Source: an uncultured Gemmatimonadales bacterium | Lineage (GTDB): Bacteria; Gemmatimonadota; Gemmatimonadetes; Longimicrobiales; Longimicrobiaceae | DNA length: 64,000 nt | Direction: 5' to 3' | Assembly (NCBI GenBank): GCA_963716255.1 | Contig: OY970303.1 | Span: forward strand, 1,760,001 to 1,824,000 | In this document: one piece after another, positions 9,695 to 19,429 of the stretch | Position numbering within the stretch: position 1 is the first letter of the stretch | Layout: the number at the start of each line of letters is the position of its first letter | The notes under the pieces: model-generated | The model's database searches: none | What the model was told of the DNA's origin: nothing | What the model saw: only the letters and a program-made list of their open reading frames with translations | Position numbers and translations under genes: made by a program

Positions 9695-10693
9695 TCATTC
9701 GCTGAGCACGCTGCGGTAGGCGTCCCAGTCGTCCAGCACCATCCCGGCGCCGCGCACCACGCAGGTGAGCGGCTCGTCGTCCACGTGGATGGGAAGGCCG
9801 GTCTCCAGCGCCAGGATGCGGTCCAGGCCGCGGAGCTGCGCGCCGCCGCCGGTCATCACGATCCCCTCGTCCACGATGTCGGACGACAGCTCCGGCGGCG
9901 TCACCTCCAGCGCCCGCCGCACCGCCCCCACGATGGCCTGGATGGGCTCCTGGATGCACTCCCGGATCTCGTCCGAGTGGATGCGGATGGTCTTGGGGAT
10001 GCCGGAGATCAGGTCCCGTCCGTTGACGTCCATCTCGCGCGGCTCCACGGTGTTGGACGCGGACCCGATCTGGATCTTGATGGCCTCGGCGGTGGCCTCG
10101 CCCACCAGCAGGTTGTAGCCCTTTCGCATGAAGGCCACGATGGCTTCGTCCATCTCGTTGCCGCCCACGCGGATGGAGGCGTCCGCGACGATCCCCGACA
10201 GGGCGATGACGCCGATCTCGCTGGTGCCGCCGCCGATGTTCACCACCATGCTCCCGCGCGGCGAGGTCACCGGCAGCCCCACCCCGATGGCGGCGGCCAT
10301 GGGCTCGGAAAGCAGGTACACCGACTTGGCGCCGGCCTGCGACACGGCGGTCCGCACCGCGCGGCGCTCCATCTCGGTGATCCCGGAGGGAACGCCCACC
10401 ACCACGCGGGGGCGGGTGCGGAAGAGGCCCTTGGGGAGGATGGACTGGAGAAAGTGCCGCAGCATCAGCTCGGCCATGTCCACGTCGGCGATGACGCCGT
10501 CGCGCATGGGGCGGATGGCCACCGTCCCCTCCGGCGTGCGGCCCAGCATCCGCTTGGCCTCCAGGCCGATGGCGATGATCCGCCGCGTCCTGCGCTCCAC
10601 GGCCACCACGGAGGGCTCGTTCATGATGATCCCCTGACCCTTCACCTGGATCAGGGTGTTCGCGGTCCCCAGGTCGATGGCGATGTCGGCCAC
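9695..10693 (-). CDS. mreB: Rod shape-determining actin homolog MreB/Mbl
   Basis: AIDLGTANT, NEPSVVA, RPMRDGVIAD, EPMAAAIG, IGGGT, MTGGGAQL. Confidence 0.95.
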   Translation of the reverse strand: MADIAIDLGTANTLIQVKGQGIIMNEPSVVAVERRTRRIIAIGLEAKRMLGRTPEGTVAIRPMRDGVIADVDMAELMLRHFLQSILPKGLFRTRPRVVVGVPSGITEMERRAVRTAVSQAGAKSVYLLSEPMAAAIGVGLPVTSPRGSMVVNIGGGTSEIGVIALSGIVADASIRVGGNEMDEAIVAFMRKGYNLLVGEATAEAIKIQIGSASNTVEPREMDVNGRDLISGIPKTIRIHSDEIRECIQEPIQAIVGAVRRALEVTPPELSSDIVDEGIVMTGGGAQLRGLDRILALETGLPIHVDDEPLTCVVRGAGMVLDDWDAYRSVLSE

Positions 10694-10898
10694 GCGTGCT
10701 TCCCCGCTGAAGTTTCGCGCTCCCCCGGGCGGCTCCGGCCGCCTTGGAGGGGTCCTTTTTCCGTTCGAGCGTGGAATGTAGCCGTCCACGCCGCGCGGGG
10801 ACAGACCACGGCCGCACTTGCACTTCCGCCGCGGCGGGGAGATGTTGACGGGCGCGCCGCGACGGCGCCGCCCGCCCGAACCGAGAGCCGGAGCCGAC

Positions 10899-11276
10899 AT
10901 GTTCAACCGCACCACGGAGGGGATCCGGATCAGCGCCCAGCCGTTCTTCGTCCGCGAGCAGTCCGACCCGGACGACGACCGCTACGTCTTCTCGTACAGC
11001 GTCCGCATCGAGAACACCGGCGACCGGGCCGCGCAGCTCCTGTGGCGGCACTGGTACATCCACGACTCGCGGGGCGGCGACTCCGAGGTGGAGGGCGAGG
11101 GCGTGGTGGGCGAGACGCCCCTCATCGGCCCCGGGGAAACACACGAGTACATGAGCTTCTGCGTGCTGCGGAGCCCCCGCGGCCACATGGAGGGCTACTA
11201 CGAGTTCCGCCGCCCCGACGGGGAATCCTTCCGGGCCGAGATCCCACGGTTCCTGCTGGGGGTGTACGAGGCCTGA
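10899..11276 (+). CDS. apaG: ApaG (Co2+/Mg2+ efflux-associated) protein
   Basis: YVFSYSVRIEN, QLL.RHWYI, VEGEGVVGE.P, G.MEG.Y. Confidence 0.94.
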   Translation: MFNRTTEGIRISAQPFFVREQSDPDDDRYVFSYSVRIENTGDRAAQLLWRHWYIHDSRGGDSEVEGEGVVGETPLIGPGETHEYMSFCVLRSPRGHMEGYYEFRRPDGESFRAEIPRFLLGVYEA

Positions 11277-11292
11277 CTACGACTGAAGGGCG

Positions 11293-11424
11293 GGGTTCGG
11301 GCGTGCCCCCGGCTGCGCCGGGGTCGGGCTGCCGCTCCGTAGCAGACAAAACAACCGTCTGCAACGGAGGCGAGACCCGCAAACTGCGCGGGTCTCGCCG
11401 CTTCGCGCTCGCATCCCTCACGCG
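11293..11424 (+). repeat. Family-1 structured repeat, copy E (variant subfamily)
   Basis: About 17 nt after the apaG stop; junction stems covary (GCGAG/CTCGC, CGC-TTC-GCG). Confidence 0.92.
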
Positions 11425-11520
11425 ACCGCCGGCGCGAAAGCCAGCCGCGTCACTGCAACGGCGCCCCCACCTCGGCATCGAGGCGGGGGCGCCGTTCGCA
11501 CTTCCGCACTTTCGCTCCCG

Positions 11521-12351
11521 TCAGGTCACGGCGTAGTTGCGGCAGACGGAGGTGTCCACGCCCTCCAGGTCGGCGCCGTCGAGGACGGCGGAGTCCATCT
11601 CCGCGCGGGCGAGGTTGGCGCCGCGAAGGTTCGCGCCGCGCAGGTTGGCGTCCTGGAGATCGGCCTCGGTGAAGTCGGCGCCGGACAGGTCGGCGCCCTC
11701 CAGGACGGCGGCGGCCAGGTTGGCGCGGACCAGCGTCGCGCCGGCGAAGCTGGCGCCGCGGGCGGTGACCTTGGACAGGTCGGCGGTGCGCAGGTCGGCG
11801 CCGGTGAGGTCCGCGTCGTCCATCTCGGAGTGGCGCAGGTTGGCGCCGCCCAGCTGGGCGCGCACCAGCGTCGCCCCGCGCAGCTTCACCTTGTGCAGGG
11901 TGGCCTCGAACAGGCTGGCGTCCGTCAGGTCGGCGCCGCTCAGGTCGGCCCGGGTCAGCTCCGCGCCCAGCAGGCTGGCACCGGCCATCTTCGCGTTCGC
12001 GAAGACCGCGGGGGTGGTGGAGCCGGTGTTCAGGCAGCTGGCGTCGCGCAGCGTCGCGCCGGTGAGGTCGGCGTCCGTGAAGTCCGCGCCGCACAGGTCG
12101 GCCCCGGTCAGGTCGGCGTCCCGGAGGACGGCGCCCGTGAGCTTGGCGCCGCAGAGCACCGCGCGCGCCAGGTCGGCGCCGGCCAGCTCCATCCCGCTCA
12201 GGTCGGCGCCGCGGAGGTCCAGGCCGGCCAGCGAGCGGTCCCCGCCGCGCAGCCGCTCCTCCACCGCCTCGCGCGAAAGGGCGGCGGACGCGGTGCCGCC
12301 GCCGCCCGGTGCCGTGTCGCCGGTGCCGAAGATGCGCTTGATGAAGTCCAT
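11521..12351 (-). CDS. Pentapeptide-repeat protein
   Basis: Long runs of A(D/N)LxG repeats. Confidence 0.92.
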   Translation of the reverse strand: MDFIKRIFGTGDTAPGGGGTASAALSREAVEERLRGGDRSLAGLDLRGADLSGMELAGADLARAVLCGAKLTGAVLRDADLTGADLCGADFTDADLTGATLRDASCLNTGSTTPAVFANAKMAGASLLGAELTRADLSGADLTDASLFEATLHKVKLRGATLVRAQLGGANLRHSEMDDADLTGADLRTADLSKVTARGASFAGATLVRANLAAAVLEGADLSGADFTEADLQDANLRGANLRGANLARAEMDSAVLDGADLEGVDTSVCRNYAVT

Positions 12352-12549
12352 GCGATCCTCCGTGGAGCCTGGGGGCTGGGGTGTGCGGCCGCGTCCCGGA
12401 GCGGGTGGGGCGCGGGGATCCGGGAGGCGGCCGGCTGTGGACGCTCCGGCGCTGCACGAAGCGTTCCCCGGAGCGTTCTACACGTCGGCGGCCCGGGCGG
12501 GGGTCGTGGGATCCCGCCCGGGCCGCGCCCCACCCTGCCGCCGCCGGCG

Positions 12550-12975
12550 CTACTCCAGCGCGGCGTCGAGCTGGATGTCCACCCCCGCGAGCGCCACGGA
12601 AACGGGGCACCCCTTCTTGGTGTCCTCGGCGGCCTGGCGGAAGGTCTCGGCGTCCACCCCCGGCACCTGGGCGCGCACCCGCAGCTTCATGGTGGTGATC
12701 TTGAAGCCCTCGCCCACCTTGTCGATGGTGCACGCGGCGTCGGTGTGGACGCGGGTGGCCGGGGTGCCGGCGCGCTCCAGCCCCACGGCCAGCGCCATGC
12801 TGTAGCAGGCGGCCTCGGCCGCGGCGAGGAGCTCCTCGGGGTTGGTCCCCCCGGAGCTCCCGAAGCGCGAGCCGAACGAGTAGCTCCCCCGGATGACCCC
12901 GCTCTCCCCCTCGAAGCTCCCGTTCCCGCCCTGGAGCCCGCCCTCCCAGGTGGCGCTGGCGTTGCGTGTCGGCAT
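12550..12975 (-). CDS. osmC: OsmC-family peroxiredoxin
   Basis: A.WEGGL..GNG, SRF...GTNPEELLAAA.AACYSMAL, CPVS; RBS GGAGGAGAGG. Confidence 0.93.
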   Translation of the reverse strand: MPTRNASATWEGGLQGGNGSFEGESGVIRGSYSFGSRFGSSGGTNPEELLAAAEAACYSMALAVGLERAGTPATRVHTDAACTIDKVGEGFKITTMKLRVRAQVPGVDAETFRQAAEDTKKGCPVSVALAGVDIQLDAALE

Positions 12976-13031
12976 GTCCTCTCCTCCCTGCGTGATGCGT
13001 TGTGCGTCGCGATGAGCGGGCGGGACGCCCT

Positions 13032-13601
13032 TCAAGTCCCGCGCCCGCGGCGCGGCGCCCGCCAGTCCTCCTCCAACATGGCCCAGCGCTCGTGGTCGCG
13101 CCAGCGCCCGCCGATCTTGAGGTACCGGCGCGAGCGCCCCTCCAGCGTGAAGCCCAGCCGCTTCACCAGGGCGATGGACGGGGCGTTCTCCGGCTGGATG
13201 TTGGCCTCCACGCGGTGCAGCTTCAGCGGCCCGAAGGCGTGGCGCAGCACCAGCCCCACCCCTTCGGTCATGTAACCCCGGCCGGTGTGCGGCGCGCCGC
13301 CCTGGTAGCCCAGGTAGCAGCTGCGGAAGTTGCCGCGGAAGATCTGGCTCAGGTTCGCGCTCCCCACGATTGCCCCGTCCCCGCGCCGGCAGACCAGGAA
13401 GCCGGCGTAGTCGGCGTCCGTGCAGCGGTGCACCCAGGTGGCGAACTGGTCCAGCCGCGTCATGGGCGCCGTCCACCCGCGGTACAGCCTGCGGCTGGCG
13501 CGGTTCAGCGCCAGCCACTCGCCGCAGTCCTCCAGGCGCGGGGGACGCACGAACACGAGGTGGCCGGTCTGGAGGGCGTGGGGCTCTGGCGTGTCGCTCA
13601 T
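13032..13601 (-). CDS. RimJ/RimL-like GNAT acetyltransferase
   Basis: LGY...GRGYMTE, LHRVEANIQPEN..SIAL..RLGF..EG...YLKI.GRWRDH. Confidence 0.92.
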   Translation of the reverse strand: MSDTPEPHALQTGHLVFVRPPRLEDCGEWLALNRASRRLYRGWTAPMTRLDQFATWVHRCTDADYAGFLVCRRGDGAIVGSANLSQIFRGNFRSCYLGYQGGAPHTGRGYMTEGVGLVLRHAFGPLKLHRVEANIQPENAPSIALVKRLGFTLEGRSRRYLKIGGRWRDHERWAMLEEDWRAPRRGRGT

Positions 13602-13743
13602 GGCTGCGGAGGTGCGGGCGCGTGGGGTCGTGCAGACGGACGCGAGGGGCCGGTGCGTAAAGGCTATGTCACCCAGTTGAAACGATGAAAGAAGAACTAT
13701 GCGGCTATGGCAATAATATAAACTCGGGAAAATTTGCAATTGT

Positions 13744-14274
13744 TTAAGGCTGATTTTTGAAGGTAGCCAACCGAGCCAGCATTGACCAGTCAGAGTGTTC
13801 CTCTAAGCGCCGCAAAGCTACTCTCTCATGCGCGAGTAGGGAAGCCAATTCCGACTGGTCTGTCGGATAATCCACGCCGACAAACGTAATTGCAATATCC
13901 GGACAAAGACGCTCAAATATATACCTTACTCTCTGAACGTGAAAACTTGAAGTTACAACTTGCAATTCAGGGTCTAAGCCATACTCAAAGTAGATCCTTT
14001 TTACATCGAGAACATCCGTCAATGTAGATGCGCCTCGAATTGAAGGGATGATTGATCTAGCCTTCACCCCTTGCTGAATTAAATAATTGGCTAAAATTTG
14101 TGCGTGAGCCGTGCTCGTAGCGTTAAACTTTCCAAAACCACCTGTCGGGATAACATAGCAAGAAGTTGAACCCGTAGTGAGGATACGCACAGCTTCATCC
14201 GCACGTGATACCGCAATGTCGCTCAGAGTGCCAAGTGGAGAATTGGTGTGACCCATTAAGACTATCCCAAGCAT
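13744..14274 (-). CDS. YdcF/DUF218 (ElyC/SanA-like) protein, AT-rich codon usage
   Basis: IVLMG, SR.D.A, IPTGGFG, YL..QGV, ST..D, VVTSSFHVQR..YIF. No N-terminal TM. Confidence 0.82.
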   Translation of the reverse strand: MLGIVLMGHTNSPLGTLSDIAVSRADEAVRILTTGSTSCYVIPTGGFGKFNATSTAHAQILANYLIQQGVKARSIIPSIRGASTLTDVLDVKRIYFEYGLDPELQVVTSSFHVQRVRYIFERLCPDIAITFVGVDYPTDQSELASLLAHERVALRRLEEHSDWSMLARLATFKNQP

Positions 14275-14291
14275 GTGAATTTATCCACCTA

Positions 14292-15161
14292 CTAAGTGAG
14301 CTTACCATTGCGCGACTCCATAGGCGGTAAGGTTGTGACCGCCTTGGAGAAGTCTGTCTCCATAAAGGGAAAGGTTCGCCACGGGCGAACGCATACCAAC
14401 TTATGTCTAATATCAATCATGTTGCCGATTATGTTTGGAATTCCAACAACAAGTTGCTGTGCAATAGCCGAGCGCTTCAATCCGTCCGGAATTAAATCAT
14501 TATGAGTTACGAAAAGTATAGATCCCAATAGACCAGCACCGTAATTTCCATTAAAAAGAACAACAAGATTTGAACCCTTCGGATTGACAAGCCGAGTGAC
14601 CGTGCCGATGTCGCTAACTAGCGCACCATTCTCCAAGGTAGAGGAGAGTTCTTCTTTCGGTGAGATCGAGCGGTGTGTAATGAGCTTCCTATTTTCCAAG
14701 TCAAGTTCATATTGATAGTAAGGAACAGACAAAGCGCGAGAAATGTCGCCAAATTGCATAATGCTTATTTCTCCACCCAAGATAATCACATGATCATCAA
14801 AAATACTTGGATCAATCCGATCTGTTGATCTAAGAATATGATGCTTGACAACCGCACTCTGCCCATAGATGAGGTTCAATGAATTTATTATTTGTGAAAC
14901 GCCATATGTAATAGAGTAGCGCACGAGAGGGTCCGGTTCATTTGTTCGCTCTGTCCGGCTGGCCCCATATACCACATGGAAGACTCTACTAGAACTAGGG
15001 CATCTCCAAAACGCCCCAAGTTTTTCATTCAATTTTTTTCTGTCACGATCCTTGATGTAGGCCTTCAAAGAACGCACGCCGAACAATACAACAATTGCGC
15101 TTGATCCAATGCCAATCAAAAAAGGCACAAGTACTTGATTGACGATAAAATTCTCAGTCAT
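14292..15161 (-). CDS. Hypothetical protein with an N-terminal TM helix and an alpha/beta domain, AT-rich
   Basis: 289-aa ORF in AT-rich DNA. Hydrophobic VLVPFLIGIGSSAIVVLFGV followed by a basic patch; motifs HVIILGG and DIGTVTRLVNP..LVVLFNGNYGAG. Confidence 0.8.
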   Translation of the reverse strand: MTENFIVNQVLVPFLIGIGSSAIVVLFGVRSLKAYIKDRDRKKLNEKLGAFWRCPSSSRVFHVVYGASRTERTNEPDPLVRYSITYGVSQIINSLNLIYGQSAVVKHHILRSTDRIDPSIFDDHVIILGGEISIMQFGDISRALSVPYYQYELDLENRKLITHRSISPKEELSSTLENGALVSDIGTVTRLVNPKGSNLVVLFNGNYGAGLLGSILFVTHNDLIPDGLKRSAIAQQLVVGIPNIIGNMIDIRHKLVCVRPWRTFPFMETDFSKAVTTLPPMESRNGKLT

Positions 15162-15269
15162 TTTCAATCGCTTGTTCGATGGTGAATCCACAGGGCTAAT
15201 ATTAATTACATGTGCGTTAGCCGACACGCAAGAACATCGATAGCCCGTGGGACCAAGCAAAAACTAATT

Positions 15270-16369
15270 GAGGGTTGGTCATAAATCCTCAGGCTGCCCT
15301 GAGGAAAGACTTCAGACCCGCGTTCAACGCGAGGCTGTGCTCGTGTCGGTACAGCAAAGCGATCTGGTAGACGAGCACGGCACCCAAAGCAAAGCGCGCA
15401 GTCGCTGCATGCCCCTTCGCGGGGACCGGGCGATGCACGTCGAAGATGGCCTTGAAGTGCTCGTTAGAAGTTCTCGATCGAGACGCTGCGCAGCTTGTGG
15501 AAGATGCGGCACACCTCCACCCCGTCGTCCGTATGCGGATACGCTCCCCGTCGAGTGGTTACCAGCAGGCGCTCGGGCTCGCAGACCTCGCGCACGTTCG
15601 GGGCGTTGTAGTGCAAGTCTCCCAGGATTGAAGTGCGCCTCCGGCGGCAGGTCCTTGATCAGCTCGGGAGCGATCAAGTTGTCCCCGACGTTGGCGGGGG
15701 TCAGCCGCGCCGCAAGCGGAATCCAGACCGCAGCTACCGTAGTGGCCAGGTGGAGCTTCCAGCCGTAGACCCAGCCGTGCCAACCCGACTTCGTCCACCC
15801 GGCCTGCGTGTCGATCGAGGTGTGGGGAACCACGCGGCCTCGCGGTGCTTGCGGTGCCACTCGCCCCCCAAGGCGCGCAGCGCGGTGCTGTCCAGAGCAA
15901 CGGCCCGTCAGCAGTGGTCCCACGGGCGCAGCAAACTCACCAGGTGCGTTCCCAGCGCAGCGATCTGCGCCGGCAGACGCTCTGGCAGTCGGTGGAGCCG
16001 TCGCACGAGGGTGCGACGACTCGGAAAGCATCTCCCTTCGCAGAGCAAACCACGCAGTACGCCATCTCTGGAGTGGGCTCCTGCAAGACCGAGAGCAGCT
16101 CGTGCACCTTGTGCAGGCGGCGTACGATCATGATCAGCAGGACCTTAGAGGAAGAGCTTCTCCGAGTAGACCCGCGGACGACCTCGCCCGCGCACCGGCG
16201 GGGGAGGCTCGGGAATGCGGTCTACGAGCCGAACCAGTTGCACCAGAAGCCCATCTTCAGCTATCATGGGAGTGCCTCCGAGAACGGCGTGCTTCGACAC
16301 CACCCATTCTCGAAGGCAAGCCGCGCTCGGGCTAGTCCCGGCGCGGCTTTCCTTTTATGACCAACCCTC
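15270..16369 (-). mobile_element. Decayed IS element (DDE transposase, IS4/IS5-like) with perfect 16-bp terminal inverted repeats
   Basis: GAGGGTTGGTCATAAA (15270-15285) and TTTATGACCAACCCTC (16354-16369); 1100 bp total. Confidence 0.88.
15289..16267 (-). pseudogene. Frameshifted DDE transposase
   Basis: Fragments in different frames: MIAEDGLL..RGRGRPRVYSE, D.QAGWTKSGWHGWVYGWKLHL..TPANVGD, LGDLHY, R..IENF; internal stops and frameshifts. Confidence 0.85.
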
Positions 16370-16531
16370 GTCTATGTAGCGGGCACGCCGGGCGCGCGGG
16401 CAGCCGGCCACGAACTCGTTGCTTCGGCTTCCGGCCGCCGGTATACTGCGGCGCGGAGTACGCGCAACCGCGCACGTGCGGCAGGGATGCCGCCTTTCCT
16501 GCTGCAAACCCCCGATCAAAGGAGAGGATCA

Positions 16532-16759
16532 ATGGCGAAGTGTCACTATTGCGGCGGCGACGGAAAGATGAAGGACGCAAACTGCGCCGGCCATGGTACG
16601 GTAACGTGCGAAACCTGCAATGGCTCCGGAAAATCGACCGTACTCGGGGTGGAGCGGGACTGTCCGCGCTGTGGGGGGGGCGGCAAAATGACCTGTCCCG
16701 ACTGCGGCGGGTCGGGAACGATGACGTGCAAGGGGTGCGGGGGCTCCGGAGAAGAATAG
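16532..16759 (+). CDS. Stand-alone DnaJ-type zinc-finger microprotein (six CxxCxGxG-type repeats)
   Basis: RBS AGGAGAGG; CHYCGGDG, DANCAGHG, CETCNGSG, CPRCGGGG, CPDCGGSG, CKGCGGSG. Confidence 0.88.
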   Translation: MAKCHYCGGDGKMKDANCAGHGTVTCETCNGSGKSTVLGVERDCPRCGGGGKMTCPDCGGSGTMTCKGCGGSGEE

Positions 16760-17068
16760 GTAGAGCGTCGGCCGGCCGGGTGTCGACGCTCCGTGGCGAA
16801 CGCGATGCGTCAGGATACGCTCGCCGCTCCACGATCGCGGCGTCACCCGCTTCCGGCCCGATCCTCCCGCCCTCCCGCCTGCCGTCCCCGAGCTCACGGC
16901 CGATACGTCGTCACGCGGCCCGTCCCGCGAACGGGGAGCGCGGTTCGCAGGCGTGTGGGCATCCAGCCTCCGAAGCCGGTATACCGCGGTGCGAAGTGAA
17001 CTGTGACGCACGTGAGCGGCGCGTTGCGCCGCTCTCCCGACGTTTACACTGATCAGGGAGAGAGCACA

Positions 17069-17302
17069 ATGACTACCTGCAGCGCGTGCAGTGGCAGCGG
17101 AAAGGTCCAGGACCCCACGTGCAATGGAACGGGCGAAGTGGACTGCTCGACCTGTGGGGGCGTTGGAAAGATCATCGTGGACGGCGAAGAGCAGCAGTGT
17201 CCGCGTTGCAACGGGACCGGCAAAGAGACCTGCCGTGACTGCGACGGGTCGGGAAAGGTGACCTGCCCTCACTGCGGGGGCTACGGAGAAGTAAGCGAAT
17301 AA
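17069..17302 (+). CDS. Stand-alone DnaJ-type zinc-finger microprotein, paralog 2
   Basis: RBS GGGAGAG; CSACSGSG, DPTCNGTG, CSTCGGVG, CPRCNGTG, CRDCDGSG, CPHCGGYG. Confidence 0.88.
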   Translation: MTTCSACSGSGKVQDPTCNGTGEVDCSTCGGVGKIIVDGEEQQCPRCNGTGKETCRDCDGSGKVTCPHCGGYGEVSE

Positions 17303-17425
17303 AGGAGGCTCCGCTCGGCCGGGCGCCCACCCCCGGGTCCGGCCAGGCGGAAAGGATCGTTCGCGCGGGGTCGCCCGGCGCGCGGCAGCCGTCCCCCCGC
17401 CCCACGCAGCTCCGCACGCACGCCC

Positions 17426-17872
17426 ATGACGCCCCTGGCCCGAGTCATAACGGCGAAGATCGCCGTGACGGTCGTGTTCTGGGCGGGTCCGCTGGTCCTC
17501 GCCCCGAAGTGGCTGCTCGCGGATGCCGGGCTGCCCCCGGAGGCCGCCCCGTTCGCGCGGCTGCTCGGCTGGGCCTACCTGGCGCTCGGCGTGGGGTACG
17601 GGTTCGGCCTGCGGGAGGTGCGCGCGGGCCGGCGCGCAACGGACGCTGTGGTGGTGGGGATCGTCAGCAACGGGGGTGCGAGCGCCTGGCTGGCGTACTT
17701 CGGCCTGACCGGTGGCTTCGCGGGATGGCACCCGGCGCTCCGGCTCATGGCCTGGTCGTCCGCCGCGGTGACGCTCGCCATCGCGCTCGGGCTCTACGCA
17801 TACGGGCTGCGCGACGGTGCGGGAAATGGCGGTGGAGCAGCCGTCGATCCCGGTCCGGGAGCCGTGTCCTGA
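17426..17872 (+). CDS. Hypothetical membrane protein (~4 TM)
   Basis: Four hydrophobic segments and GC3-rich codons. Confidence 0.7.
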   Translation: MTPLARVITAKIAVTVVFWAGPLVLAPKWLLADAGLPPEAAPFARLLGWAYLALGVGYGFGLREVRAGRRATDAVVVGIVSNGGASAWLAYFGLTGGFAGWHPALRLMAWSSAAVTLAIALGLYAYGLRDGAGNGGGAAVDPGPGAVS

Positions 17873-17899
17873 GCCCGGGCGGCCGTGCAGCGGGAGCAC

Positions 17900-17937
17900 G
17901 ACGAAGCCCCCCGGCGCGGACGCCGGGGGGCTTCGTC
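17900..17937. terminator. Bidirectional hairpin between convergent genes
   Basis: gacgaagccccccggcg-cgga-cgccggggggcttcgtc. Confidence 0.65.
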
Positions 17938-17961
17938 TTCGAGCGTACCGCGTGCTCCGTA

Positions 17962-18369
17962 CTACTTCGCTTCCCTGTCCAGCTCCAGCGACGCCGAGTT
18001 GATGCAGTAGCGCAGCCCGGTGGGGCGGGGCCCGTCGTTGAACACGTGGCCCAGGTGCGCGCCGCAGCGGCTGCACACCACCTCCGTGCGGATGGTGTTG
18101 TAGCTGGTGTCGATCTCCGTCTCCACCGCGTCCGGGGCGGCGGGGGCGTAGAAGCTGGGCCAGCCGCAGTGGGCGTCGAACTTGGTCTCGGAGCGGAACA
18201 GCTCCTCGCCGCAGGAGGCGCAGCGGTACACTCCCTGGTCCGTGGTGTCCCAGTACGCCCCGGTGAAGGGTCGCTCGGTGCCCTTCTCGCGCATGACGTG
18301 GTACTGCTCGGGCGTGAGCTCCGCCCGCCACTCCGCGTCCGTCTTCACGATCCTGTCCCTGGTCGACAC
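17962..18369 (-). CDS. msrB: Peptide-methionine (R)-S-oxide reductase
   Basis: [40 protein letters not shown]. Confidence 0.97.
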   Translation of the reverse strand: MSTRDRIVKTDAEWRAELTPEQYHVMREKGTERPFTGAYWDTTDQGVYRCASCGEELFRSETKFDAHCGWPSFYAPAAPDAVETEIDTSYNTIRTEVVCSRCGAHLGHVFNDGPRPTGLRYCINSASLELDREAK

Positions 18370-18445
18370 GCGTCCTCCCTCCTCTTTCAGGTCCAACTCC
18401 CTGTTGCCGAACGTGATACCCCGCGGGTTCCCGGCGGCTCCCCGG

Positions 18446-19429
18446 TCAGCGGGGGCGCTCGTAGGCCACGCTGATGGTGCTGTAGCGGTGCGCATCCGGC
18501 TCGCTGTGGTACTCGCGGCCGCGCGTCACCACCCGGAAGGCGACCGCCACGCCCCCGGCCCGCAGCCCCGCCCCCACCTCCATCTCCCCCACCAGCGGGA
18601 TCCTGTCCACCCGGGGGCTGTCGCGGAAGGTGTTGCCGTCCAGGAACAGGTTGCGTGCCACCCACTCGCCGCGCAGCGCGCCCGTGGCGAACACCGCCAC
18701 CCGCGGGTCGCCCCGCGACGGCCCCGCCCAGGGGTGCGGCACCCCGTACCCGAGCTGCGCCTCCACCCCCGCCGTGGCGCCGGTGAGCAGGTTCCCCACC
18801 GCCGCGCCCCAGCGCGGCGCCAGCGTCGCCACCCGCACCCCGCCCGCTCGCTCCTCCGCCAGCAGCCGCGCGCCCCCGGCGCGCACCGCCACCGCCGGCT
18901 CGAAGGCGAGCTGGCCGCCCCACCCCTCCGGCTGCCAGAGCCCCACCGCCTCGTGGAAGCGGGTCTGCACCGTTTCGGCCAGGGAGGGCGGCCCGGTCAC
19001 GCCCAGCTCCACCCCCACGGTGCGCTCGCTCCGGTGGCTCAGCACGCGCGCCGTGCCGGCGGCGTACAGCCACCCCGCGTACGGCCGCTCGCCGGGAAGG
19101 GGCAGGGGGCCGTCGCGGCGTGGGGTGTAGATCTTCTGCCCCACCTCCACGCGCGTCGCCAGGCAGCGCCGGGTCTCCGGCTCGGCACGGGTGCACGGCC
19201 GCAGCCCCGGCCCCGCGAGCCTCCCCCACAGCGGCGCGGCGTCGGCGTCCACCACCACCCGCATGCCGTGCGTGTAGTCGTAGTCCGGCCGCGGCACCGG
19301 CGCCCAGAAGTTGAACACGTCGTTGTCCGCCGCCACCTCCACGGAGCGGACGGGCGACTGCGCACCGGCCGCCGCCGGGGCGGCGAGGGCGAGCAGGGCG
19401 GCGAGCAGGAGCCGGGGGGGAGAAGCCAA
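18446..19429 (-). CDS. LpxR/DUF2219-family outer-membrane beta-barrel (lipid A deacylase-like)
   Basis: [43 protein letters not shown]. Start uncertain. Confidence 0.85.
   Translation of the reverse strand: MASPPRLLLAALLALAAPAAAGAQSPVRSVEVAADNDVFNFWAPVPRPDYDYTHGMRVVVDADAAPLWGRLAGPGLRPCTRAEPETRRCLATRVEVGQKIYTPRRDGPLPLPGERPYAGWLYAAGTARVLSHRSERTVGVELGVTGPPSLAETVQTRFHEAVGLWQPEGWGGQLAFEPAVAVRAGGARLLAEERAGGVRVATLAPRWGAAVGNLLTGATAGVEAQLGYGVPHPWAGPSRGDPRVAVFATGALRGEWVARNLFLDGNTFRDSPRVDRIPLVGEMEVGAGLRAGGVAVAFRVVTRGREYHSEPDAHRYSTISVAYERPR

Noticed and set aside
11521..12351. Pentapeptide protein as a Qnr/MfpA quinolone-resistance gene
   Set aside because: Only generic A(D/N)LxG repeats are visible; nothing Qnr-specific is recognisable by eye.
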